Positions 9,770-18,810 of a stretch of DNA of 64,000 nucleotides are shown piece by piece. The notes beneath the pieces were generated by a model that saw nothing but the letters and a program-made list of their open reading frames with translations, had not been told where the DNA came from and ran no database searches. Position numbers and translations under genes: made by a program. The stretch covers positions 65,136-129,135 of the forward strand of contig CAYYKD010000001.1 of the NCBI GenBank assembly GCA_964471825.1. The letters run 5' to 3'. Within the stretch, counting starts at the first letter, position 1, and each line of letters begins with the position of its first letter. The DNA is from an uncultured Spirochaetales bacterium. GTDB taxonomy: Bacteria > Spirochaetota > GWE2-31-10 > CAYYKD01.

Positions 9770-11152
9770 TTAAAGTTTTATTTTATAGGAAGTTATTTTT
9801 GAGTCGGATTCTATAGGGACTTGATCAAAACTATCAATCCTTGTAAACCTTACAAATGGCGAATCTGATAGGGTGTAGACATCCTCAGAGGTTGTGTTTG
9901 CCGCATAGTCAGTTAACAGACTGTCAGATGACCAACTCTCTACTGTATTTGAATGTCGGCGGCGATAGAGAAGTTTAGTGTATATTAGTTCAGATGTATC
10001 AAAGTAATTTCCCCGGACTATACATTCATCAGTGATATATCCATTATTTGAATACACCCTATAGTTTTTATAACCAAAATCAATCCCTGCTGTAACGATA
10101 GGATTTTGCGGGAAGTACCTTTTAAAAAATGATATGATAGAACCGCCGACATTACGGGAATAGCCTGAGAATACAGGTGTCTTCATCCCGTGGCTCTCTA
10201 ATTCTGCACAGATCGGATGGTCTGATATTAGTGGTGTTCTTCGCGATGACATTAGCCTGACCCTGGCTGTTATATCAAATAGCACTCGCCCGTTATACCT
10301 AAGACCAAGAAAAGGCAGATTAGAATAGTACTGTGCATCTAATGAAAAAATAAGATCAGGAATAATATTATTTCTAAGGAGAATCTTTGCTGAGGTATCA
10401 GTTGCAGCAATAAAAAGCCGTTCTCTTGATGATGATATCTCGGCGATGTTATCCTCCAGTGAAGGACCGCCACCTGTTACAAGAACTATTTTGTCGTTAC
10501 AGATCTCAATCTTTGATTGATCAAACCGCCCTTTTTTTACATCAATTAGATTTTTTCTAACAGATGCTTCCCAGATTTTATTTAATGATCGAATAGTCTT
10601 ATTATCCATAATTACCGGATTAACTATATGCTTTATCATTTTGATCAGTTCCAGTGTCTTTGCCGGATAGAGCCTCTCTAATACCGGATGAGTAACAATT
10701 CTATATGTTGTAGCACCGATTAGATAGGGGCTTTGAGCCAGGTCATCAATTGTTCCGACAGTTAGAGAAGTCCTACCGTTTAAAGAAGTTTTGTCTAACA
10801 TTTTCATCTGATCACTGTTATTTAAAATCACACTCTTCAACAGAGCCACATCTATCGGCACAACAAATGTCTTCTTACATAGCCTGACCCTATTATGCAG
10901 GTGATAACCCATTCCAAAACCAACCGCAATGATAAGCTCAACTTCACTATAGGGATCAGATTTTGCTATCTCATTAGACACAGAGTATTTTGAGTTAAGG
11001 CAATTATCATCCAGGATAGGCACAGAGTAACCATCCCTGGAAATCTCAAACCTTACTCTATCTAATGTCTTACTGCATAGAAGTTTTTCTTTTAAAGTGT
11101 CCGTGATAAATGAAAAATCACCTAAAAGATTTGTGTCTTTATCTGAGTTCAA
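9770..11152 (-). CDS. DUF115/Maf-like (motility accessory factor / MptE-like) protein, putative flagellin glycosylation-associated glycosyltransferase
   Basis: 460 aa. Contains IVLVTGGGPSLEDNIAEI (GPSL motif) followed by IPDLIFSLDAQ, matching the DUF115 signature blocks (GnGPSL...PDy..s.D). Confidence 0.55.
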   Translation of the reverse strand: MNSDKDTNLLGDFSFITDTLKEKLLCSKTLDRVRFEISRDGYSVPILDDNCLNSKYSVSNEIAKSDPYSEVELIIAVGFGMGYHLHNRVRLCKKTFVVPIDVALLKSVILNNSDQMKMLDKTSLNGRTSLTVGTIDDLAQSPYLIGATTYRIVTHPVLERLYPAKTLELIKMIKHIVNPVIMDNKTIRSLNKIWEASVRKNLIDVKKGRFDQSKIEICNDKIVLVTGGGPSLEDNIAEISSSRERLFIAATDTSAKILLRNNIIPDLIFSLDAQYYSNLPFLGLRYNGRVLFDITARVRLMSSRRTPLISDHPICAELESHGMKTPVFSGYSRNVGGSIISFFKRYFPQNPIVTAGIDFGYKNYRVYSNNGYITDECIVRGNYFDTSELIYTKLLYRRRHSNTVESWSSDSLLTDYAANTTSEDVYTLSDSPFVRFTRIDSFDQVPIESDSKITSYKIKL

Positions 11153-11177
11153 GGAGTACTCCTTTTATTAGATCGAG

Positions 11178-11915
11178 TCAATAGATCGAGTCATAAAGAA
11201 AGAGACCATGCGGAGCAATTGTTTCATATGCAAGCTCTCTTGATCGCCCCTCCAGGATATTCTTAATTGCATCAGGTTTCATCATGCCCTTTCCAGCCAT
11301 CATCAAAGTCCCAACAATAATTCTAACCATATTGTATAGAAATCCATCGCCTGACAGAATTATCCTGATTAGATCACCCTCTTTTGTTATCGATATCTCA
11401 TATATTGTTTTAACTGTATTCTTCGTCTTGGACTTCATATTTGTAAAACTTCGATAATCCATTGTTCCAATAAGATATGAAGAGGCCTTCTTCATTGCAT
11501 CTATGTCAAGCGGGGTTTCCTCATGCAGTTCATATTTTCTATTAAATACATCATGAAATGATGAGTTTCTAATATTATAGAGATATTTTTTTTGCTTTAC
11601 ATTGTATCGAGCGTGAAATTTATCATCGACACTCTCCACAGAGTGAACCAGTATATCAAGAGGCAGGTATTTGTAGCAATAAGATAGTATTTGATCAGGG
11701 TTGATTTGTTTGGTTGTCTTAAAGTTTGCTATCTGATTTAGTGCATGAACACCTGCATCTGTTCTGCCCGAACCGATTAGACTGATCTCTTCCTCGGTTA
11801 GTAGTGACAAAACCTTCTCAATCTTTGCCTGTATTGTATTATCAGTATCTCCAAGCCTCTGCCAGCCATTATATCTGGATCCGTCATAACTTATCTTCAT
11901 CTTATAATTAAACAT
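11178..11915 (-). CDS. truA: tRNA pseudouridine(38-40) synthase TruA
   Basis: 245 aa. KISYDGSRYNGWQRL and GSGRTDAGVHALNQ (catalytic Asp motif) are typical of TruA. Confidence 0.85.
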   Translation of the reverse strand: MFNYKMKISYDGSRYNGWQRLGDTDNTIQAKIEKVLSLLTEEEISLIGSGRTDAGVHALNQIANFKTTKQINPDQILSYCYKYLPLDILVHSVESVDDKFHARYNVKQKKYLYNIRNSSFHDVFNRKYELHEETPLDIDAMKKASSYLIGTMDYRSFTNMKSKTKNTVKTIYEISITKEGDLIRIILSGDGFLYNMVRIIVGTLMMAGKGMMKPDAIKNILEGRSRELAYETIAPHGLFLYDSIY

Positions 11916-12041
11916 CTATTATCCCACCTTAAGTCTCATGGAAATAACAGTTAATCATTTTATAAAGGAATAGTCAATATCCGCATTATAAACACAGAAA
12001 AAAACTGAAGGGATTTTAGCAAGCACTTTACTAATATTCTT

Positions 12042-14180
12042 TTAATTTTCTATCATTGTAATATTTGAATTGCTGTCTATATATATCAAATTTTTCACGC
12101 CTTTCGATTTAATCATTTGTAAGACATCATCGATCGATTCTTTAATGTTCTCATCTTTGTCTTTTAACTGATAAAAATCGTAACCGTATCCCAGATATGG
12201 CTTTTCATTTTTATATGGCAATCCATCAATCAAAGCAATACCTGTTAATGCAGGGATTAAAAAAGGGATCGATTTTGCTTCGAGAAGACTCCAGTACGGA
12301 TTATTTCTTTCAATGTAGATGTAAAGATTTGATTTTTGCTTTAGATTGAATGCATCGGTATAATTTTTGATAGTCATCAATAAACTATAGCTTGGTAAAT
12401 TCAACATGCCGTCTCTCTTAACTGACATTGCTTTTATTAACAAAGGTAAACTTTTTTGTTGCAGAGATTTTTTTATTGAATCCTTAAGTGATATAACACC
12501 TACTTTTTCAATTATGCTTTGTTTTAAATTAGAAGAAGTATGATTTAGTGCAAAAATCTCGTTATTTATGTTATATATTGAAAAAAACAATGCTAATGCC
12601 AACAAAAAAAGATAGATTTGAGAAAATCTTAAACTGCTTCGAGATATTACCATGGTGTTTTTGTCAACCTGAAATTTTATCAGGCTCTCAAGTTTAAATG
12701 ACATTGCAATCAATAACGAAAGCGAGAACCATATTTGAAAATCAGAAAAATATCCGGCACTACCCCCACCAATTTTTAATACCAGGCCAGGTAACAATCC
12801 AACAGAAACAAAGATTAATAAGATCTCACAATCAAGAAATGATTTTTTTAACACCACTTCCTTTAATGAAACCATTGTAGTTTTTTTTCTGATATACAAA
12901 TAGAGAATTGATCCAAAGCAGTACATAAGCAAGAAAATAACCGGATTAACAGAGGTGTATCTGCGGATAAAACTGAATAATTCAAAGACTTTTTCATCAG
13001 CTAAAATCCACAACTTATATGTAAAATACGCAGTTAACAAATTAATTAATAGTGCGACTATATTAATAAAATCTGTATACATCTTAAGACGAATGAAAAC
13101 CCATAAAATTACAGGTATCATAATAATCAGAAGTGATATCTTAGATATTCCAATACAAAAAAGCAGGATAGGAAAAACAATTAGAATTGATATATAATAG
13201 AATAGGTTCTTTTTCCTTAGAATAATATTATCATATATAACTACTGAAATACTTAGAAATAGAAATGTTAATATTAATGAAATAAGATATGACTCGCTTC
13301 GTAAAATTGAGTCCCATCGGAGTGCAGATTTATTGAGTATTAATTTTGGCAATATCCCGGCAAAACCGGCAATTAATAACATAAGCATGACAACTATGTT
13401 CCTTTTTTTATCAGAATAAAATCGGTCAATTATATTAAATGTAAAAATAAAAAAAGACTTAATAAATAGTGGAATAAATAGTATTGGATAAACTACATTA
13501 TAAAAGAACAAGGCATCACAGTTAATTATATTAGATATCATTGCAAAGAGATAGTGACTTCCAATGTGATATTGGAGTGGAACAACTCCATCTAGACCTG
13601 TACTCGGTATTCCATATGTTTTAATCATATTCATTATTGAAGAATGAAAAACTGTATCAATATGAAATTTTCCGAGTGCAATCTTTTCAAGATACAATAT
13701 ATTATGATAATTACCACCCCATATTACAGCTGCCATAAACACACCAAATAAAGTCATGATTAACGAAACAATCACGGTATAGAAGATGTTTCCATTTGAC
13801 ATATAGTAAAAAAGATAAACAATAATTGGTATGAACGAAATTACAGCGAAGATAGTTAGTATTATGTTTAAGATGGGGTTGTTTATATAACCCGCTACAA
13901 ATAACAGTAAAATAAATATAAATGTAAACAGCCCGGCTTTATTTATATGACTATGCTTTCTTAATATTACTATAGAAAACTCAATGACATTTATTGCAAA
14001 CAACGAAAGTACAATAGAAACAAGCACCTGTCTAAAATTATCAATATATCCGATTTTCAATTTCAAATAAATAAAAACGAGAATACAGGCAATTAAACTC
14101 GGAAATAAATTTGTCAGAAGTAACCTTTTTTTAAAACTGTCTGGTGAATTATGTTCTAAATTATTCATCTTTAACCTCAT
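12042..14180 (-). CDS. Large polytopic membrane protein (712 aa, more than 12 predicted TM helices, C-terminal ~200-aa soluble domain), function unknown
   Basis: Very hydrophobic Ile/Leu/Phe-rich sequence. No transporter signature recognised. Heads a same-strand run: membrane protein, truA, Maf-like, WD40-caspase. Confidence 0.5.
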   Translation of the reverse strand: MRLKMNNLEHNSPDSFKKRLLLTNLFPSLIACILVFIYLKLKIGYIDNFRQVLVSIVLSLFAINVIEFSIVILRKHSHINKAGLFTFIFILLLFVAGYINNPILNIILTIFAVISFIPIIVYLFYYMSNGNIFYTVIVSLIMTLFGVFMAAVIWGGNYHNILYLEKIALGKFHIDTVFHSSIMNMIKTYGIPSTGLDGVVPLQYHIGSHYLFAMISNIINCDALFFYNVVYPILFIPLFIKSFFIFTFNIIDRFYSDKKRNIVVMLMLLIAGFAGILPKLILNKSALRWDSILRSESYLISLILTFLFLSISVVIYDNIILRKKNLFYYISILIVFPILLFCIGISKISLLIIMIPVILWVFIRLKMYTDFINIVALLINLLTAYFTYKLWILADEKVFELFSFIRRYTSVNPVIFLLMYCFGSILYLYIRKKTTMVSLKEVVLKKSFLDCEILLIFVSVGLLPGLVLKIGGGSAGYFSDFQIWFSLSLLIAMSFKLESLIKFQVDKNTMVISRSSLRFSQIYLFLLALALFFSIYNINNEIFALNHTSSNLKQSIIEKVGVISLKDSIKKSLQQKSLPLLIKAMSVKRDGMLNLPSYSLLMTIKNYTDAFNLKQKSNLYIYIERNNPYWSLLEAKSIPFLIPALTGIALIDGLPYKNEKPYLGYGYDFYQLKDKDENIKESIDDVLQMIKSKGVKNLIYIDSNSNITMIEN

Positions 14181-14478
14181 AATTTGAAATTTTAATCATA
14201 ACAGAAACTCAAATATGCTTAGTACTTACTATTATTATTTAATTAATTCAAGCATATATTTTTTTAAATCAATCCTTTATGCAGCGAAATATAAGTTTTC
14301 AGGTCAATATAATTTAATAATTAGATTCTTCATTAACCACATGATTATGATGATTATCTTCATATTTTACAAATTCTACATATTCTACATGTAATTTGAA
14401 AATAATTGATTATAATAAAATACATATTCTCATTATTCATTAAATTTTAATAAAAATTAAAACTTTTTGTTTTTTTAA

Positions 14479-14507
14479 TTGATATTTAACAAATTTTTAG
14501 TTATAAT
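14479..14507 (+). promoter_or_regulatory. Near-consensus sigma-70 promoter for the adenylate cyclase gene (TTGATA-17-TATAAT)
   Basis: ttgata at 14479-14484, 17-nt spacer, tataat at 14502-14507. About 31 nt upstream of ATG 14539 with AGGTG RBS. Confidence 0.55.
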
Positions 14508-14538
14508 ATTTTTAACATTCATATCAGGTGTAAAATAA

Positions 14539-16245
14539 ATGCAAAAATTAGTTGATAGAATATTTGGCGTTAAGATAAACAAAACTAGGGTTCGACCATT
14601 AGTGGTCAAGATATTACTTCTGTTTATAGTATTTATTCTTGCATCAAATTTTGCATCCAACTATATAAACTTGATATTTAACCGTGCGGAGATGGTAAAC
14701 AGACTTAAAGAATCATTAATTAAAGATCTAAAAACAATTTATAACTATGCTAATTCGCAATTTGAGATATTTCAGTTTAATAATGACATTAAGGCGGCTA
14801 TGGCCAATATCGAGTCTAGATCTAAACTTGATTTTACCTTGCAAAAATCTGTCCTACTTGCAGTTAAAGAAAATGGTGAGTACCTTGCTCAAAGCTATAA
14901 TTATGATAAGGAGATCTACTTTACAGATAAAGCTGCTCTAGAGCAGATGATTAGCAGTAGAGAAGCCTCTATAAATGAAGATTTTATATATTTTAGATAC
15001 GGTAAGAGTAAGTATTACGGCGTATATAAGTACAACCCCAACTGGAACTCCTACATTATCCGAGGTGAAGAGGTAAATGAGTTCTATAAAAGATCTAACG
15101 ACATATTTCTTATTGTCTCTCTGATAATTCTTATTATGACGATTGCCTCATCCATAGTAGGTGCAATGCTGATAAGCTTTATTTTAAGGTTTATTCATAC
15201 CATTACTAAACAGATTATGGATATGCTAGACAATCAAAAGCTTGGAATCATAGATCTTCAGGGTGCAACTAATGATGATGTAACATTCCTTGGTGTTGCA
15301 TTTAATTCACTTTCCAGTACAATAAGCAATCTGATGAACATATTCCTCAAATTTGTTAATAAGGATATTGCAAATAAGGCATATAAGGATAAAGAGATTA
15401 GACTTGAAGGCTCTAAAAAAGATCTTACAGTACTCTTTTCAGATATCAGAAGTTTTACATTTATGACTGAAACTCTTGGTATTGACATTATTAAGCTGCT
15501 GAATCTTCACTATGAAAGTGCAATTCACTATATCAGCCTTCATGAGGGACTTGTCGGTTCAATAATAGGTGATGCACTTCTCGCTGTCTACGGAGCCCTC
15601 GATGAGATTAGTGAGAACAAATCCTACCAGGCATTAAAATCTGCCTACGATATACAGATGGTTACAGGAAACCTCAGAACCTCCATGAAAAAGATCAGGG
15701 AGGAACTGGAAAAAAAGTTCGGTGCATTGAGTGAAGAAGAAGAGAGAGTATTTAGAGCTGTACTAATTGAAGTAGGAGTCGGAATTGACGGCGGAGATGT
15801 ATTTTACGGTACAATAGGCTCAAGCAGTAGGATGACTAATACCGTAATCGGCGATAATGTTAACAGTGCCTCAAGACTTGAGGGGCTTACCAGGGTATAC
15901 AATGTACCTGTTATCTGTTCAGAATACATTAAAGACGATATTGAGAAAAATGTTAAAAACCATGGCATTAGATTTGTTGAGTTGGATACAGTTCTGGTAA
16001 AGGGAAAAACAATAGGCAGAAAAGTATTCTGGCCTATACAGGAAAAAGATTTAAATGACGGATCTAGAGAGGCAATTAATAACTTCTCTGTAGGCCTAAA
16101 AATGTATTATGCCGGCGAATGGGAGAAAAGTGTTGAATGGTTTAACAACTGCAATCTTCCTATGGCAGACGAATTTCTGGATAGAACAAAAAATTATAAA
16201 AAACCAACCGGATGGAACGGAATATGGACAATGACAACCAAGTAG
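14539..16245 (+). CDS. Membrane-anchored class III adenylate/guanylate cyclase (two TM helices flanking a periplasmic sensor region, linker, cyclase domain)
   Basis: 568 aa. Cyclase homology domain motifs LTVLFSDIRSFTFMTE, IGDALLAVYG, VGIDGGDVFYGTIGS and TVIGDNVNSASRLEGL. Confidence 0.8.
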   Translation: MQKLVDRIFGVKINKTRVRPLVVKILLLFIVFILASNFASNYINLIFNRAEMVNRLKESLIKDLKTIYNYANSQFEIFQFNNDIKAAMANIESRSKLDFTLQKSVLLAVKENGEYLAQSYNYDKEIYFTDKAALEQMISSREASINEDFIYFRYGKSKYYGVYKYNPNWNSYIIRGEEVNEFYKRSNDIFLIVSLIILIMTIASSIVGAMLISFILRFIHTITKQIMDMLDNQKLGIIDLQGATNDDVTFLGVAFNSLSSTISNLMNIFLKFVNKDIANKAYKDKEIRLEGSKKDLTVLFSDIRSFTFMTETLGIDIIKLLNLHYESAIHYISLHEGLVGSIIGDALLAVYGALDEISENKSYQALKSAYDIQMVTGNLRTSMKKIREELEKKFGALSEEEERVFRAVLIEVGVGIDGGDVFYGTIGSSSRMTNTVIGDNVNSASRLEGLTRVYNVPVICSEYIKDDIEKNVKNHGIRFVELDTVLVKGKTIGRKVFWPIQEKDLNDGSREAINNFSVGLKMYYAGEWEKSVEWFNNCNLPMADEFLDRTKNYKKPTGWNGIWTMTTK

Positions 16246-17753
16246 TTAAGCGGGACAATCCTACAAAACTTTTTCTAAAAGATACAGAGAATTTTATATC
16301 TGATTCTAAAGATCTCTACAACCTTGATACAGAGTTTGAAAAAACCAAAAAGAATAGAAATCTTAGGTACAAGATAATATTTACAACATTTGTATTGTTA
16401 CTTATCGGCATAAGTTATTTTGTTGCCTACATTGTTGAGAAGCAAAATAGAAACTTAAAAGTTTCAATAGAAGAGTTTAATGATGTAAATCTCCGCGAAA
16501 TTCTTGCAGATGCCAAAAAAAACGAAAGTGAGAAAAGCATTCTTGAGAATCAACTGAAAAATCTGCAGTATGAAATGGATAGAACAATCGATTCTCTTAA
16601 AATTCAGACTCTAAGAGAGATCGAGTCAGTACAGTTTGACTCATCAACAGATTCTATGGAACAGAAAATATCTTTTATTAGAAATAAAGAATTTGCTCTG
16701 ATTGAAAAAATCAAAAAAGAATATGAAGAAAAAATTAACGATAAAAAATTAGAAATAGAGTCTCTCGATAAAGAACTTGCCAACATTGACCAAAATAAAC
16801 TGAATAAAGCTCGTGAAACAGAGATGGTAATCAACAGTCAACAAAAGATCACTGATATGAGGCTTGATGCACAGAGAAAAACCTATGAGACTCAGATATC
16901 AGAAATAAAACAGGGTAATGTTGTCGCTTTAAGAAATACTAAAAACTATTATGAGAGACGAATTAATCTAATAAACCGGGCTCATAAAAAGGAAATTGAT
17001 GAATTAATACTAAAATTCAATCCTATCTTTCAGAATAACCTGATACAAAAGATAGCAGACACAACTGCAGATTTTGCACAGACTGATATTGATCTATTTT
17101 TCTTTGATGATAATGAGTTAAAGATCAACCTCCTGCAAGCAGACAAAGAGGGGATTCTGTCATCTTCAGATTACGAGGAAATTACACTTAGATCAACTAA
17201 ATCAAGAATGCTATCTGAGTATATCGCTGCTATCCCATTTGTCAACTCCGTACCCTTGGTACTTAAACACATTGATTTAAACACGCGTAGAGTTAGACTA
17301 TACTATGAACGATGGATAAAATCATTACTTGAAAACACACTTGAGAAGTCTAAAACAATTGAGGCAAATCTTAGCACTATAGAAAAACTTAATAGTCAAT
17401 TAGAGAATCTTGAGTCACAGAAGAGTGCAATACTTCAAGCAATTGAAGCACAATCTAAAGAAGCATTTGTGCCACCTCAAGCAGATGAAAATCTTGTAGG
17501 TTACATATTAGATAGCAAAGATATATTTAATATTAGTTTTGTATTTATTGATGACTATATACCAGGAAACTTAAAGACCTGTACGATTTATCGAAACTCT
17601 AAGGAAAAAATCGGTACTGCAGTGTTTGTTAAAAAAGGAAATAAGTTTGTATTACAACAGGGGATTCTCACAAATATTAGAAAACCTATTAGTCCATTTG
17701 ATAAAATTGTTGTGTTAAAATCCGAGCCGTCAACAAATCAGCCATTGGAGTAA
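16212..17753 (+). CDS. Membrane-anchored coiled-coil protein (513 aa), unknown function
   Basis: Overlaps the cyclase gene by 34 nt (co-transcription). Single TM segment YKIIFTTFVLLLIGISYFVAYIV, then about 300 aa of heptad-rich Glu/Lys/Leu sequence. Confidence 0.5.
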   Translation: MERNMDNDNQVVKRDNPTKLFLKDTENFISDSKDLYNLDTEFEKTKKNRNLRYKIIFTTFVLLLIGISYFVAYIVEKQNRNLKVSIEEFNDVNLREILADAKKNESEKSILENQLKNLQYEMDRTIDSLKIQTLREIESVQFDSSTDSMEQKISFIRNKEFALIEKIKKEYEEKINDKKLEIESLDKELANIDQNKLNKARETEMVINSQQKITDMRLDAQRKTYETQISEIKQGNVVALRNTKNYYERRINLINRAHKKEIDELILKFNPIFQNNLIQKIADTTADFAQTDIDLFFFDDNELKINLLQADKEGILSSSDYEEITLRSTKSRMLSEYIAAIPFVNSVPLVLKHIDLNTRRVRLYYERWIKSLLENTLEKSKTIEANLSTIEKLNSQLENLESQKSAILQAIEAQSKEAFVPPQADENLVGYILDSKDIFNISFVFIDDYIPGNLKTCTIYRNSKEKIGTAVFVKKGNKFVLQQGILTNIRKPISPFDKIVVLKSEPSTNQPLE

Positions 17754-17846
17754 AATTACACTTTTTTTTTATTATTTCTTTACTTTACTTGACTCATGAT
17801 TTTTTATCTGATATATTAAATTTTAATATGATATTTAGGGGGTTTT

Positions 17847-18788
17847 ATGATAAATTTTAGACATCTAAGGGTTTTACTGGTTCTGTTAGTGTTAATCGGG
17901 TTGAATAATGTTGTGTTTTCAGAAGAGGGGCAGACAGAGGAAAGCAAATTTGCACCCTACCTGACTCTAACAAATGAAGCGGAAGTATCTACAGCAGTTG
18001 AAGGTCAATCACTTACATTTGGTTCATTTACAAACATTGTTAATCTAGATATGGGAGTATATATTACTCTTACGGATATGATTGGTATATATCCGTATAT
18101 CGGAGTTTCTGACTTTGCAGTCTCTATGGGAAGTAACGGAATATTAGCTGATATCTACGGTATGATATATGCCGGTATCGGAACAACAATTACACCTATT
18201 GATATGCTCTCTATTAATATCGGACTTGTTAATACAGAGTTCGTAGGAATTGATAAGGTTGTATATGCAGGTTTTAGTCTCTATACAGGCATAACACTTG
18301 AAGTAGAGGCGGCTTTTATATCACTTGATATAGCTAACTATCTAAATCCACTTTTTAATAATACAACCGTGCTTCTATGGGACACCATAACCTATGAATT
18401 AACTTTCAATTTTCTAAACTTCATTAATCCTAAAATAAATACCGGTCTTTTTGTACAGGGAGAGCTATTTACAAGTAATGATTTTGCTAATGGAAGTTTT
18501 ACAGGTTTTAGTTACTCAAACGAATTATTTGCAGGTATAATAACAAATCCAATAGAGTCGTTTAAACTATATGTTTTGTTTGCAATGTACAACTATGGAG
18601 CATTTGATGATGGATATAAAGCTATCGATGGAAGATCAGATGCATTAGGTATGAAGATAGGCATGAGTTTTACACATAATTGGTTTAATGCAGAGATTAA
18701 CTACATACCTAAATTTGGAGTCTACACAGATGGCGTGATCGGTGGAACTGAGCATTGTTTTCAGGTAAATATAGGTATTACATTATAG
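17847..18788 (+). CDS. Secreted hypothetical protein (313 aa), Gly/Thr/Tyr/Phe-rich beta-type sequence
   Basis: N-terminal signal peptide MINFRHLRVLLVLLVLIGLNNVVFSEE. GGGG RBS. Confidence 0.5.
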   Translation: MINFRHLRVLLVLLVLIGLNNVVFSEEGQTEESKFAPYLTLTNEAEVSTAVEGQSLTFGSFTNIVNLDMGVYITLTDMIGIYPYIGVSDFAVSMGSNGILADIYGMIYAGIGTTITPIDMLSINIGLVNTEFVGIDKVVYAGFSLYTGITLEVEAAFISLDIANYLNPLFNNTTVLLWDTITYELTFNFLNFINPKINTGLFVQGELFTSNDFANGSFTGFSYSNELFAGIITNPIESFKLYVLFAMYNYGAFDDGYKAIDGRSDALGMKIGMSFTHNWFNAEINYIPKFGVYTDGVIGGTEHCFQVNIGITL

Positions 18789-18810
18789 CCATTAATTTCT
18801 AGGATATCTT

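Noticed and set aside
14475-14660. 61-aa minus-strand ORF overlapping the adenylate cyclase start and promoter
   Set aside because: Lies across a near-consensus plus-strand promoter/RBS and the cyclase N-terminus. No RBS of its own.
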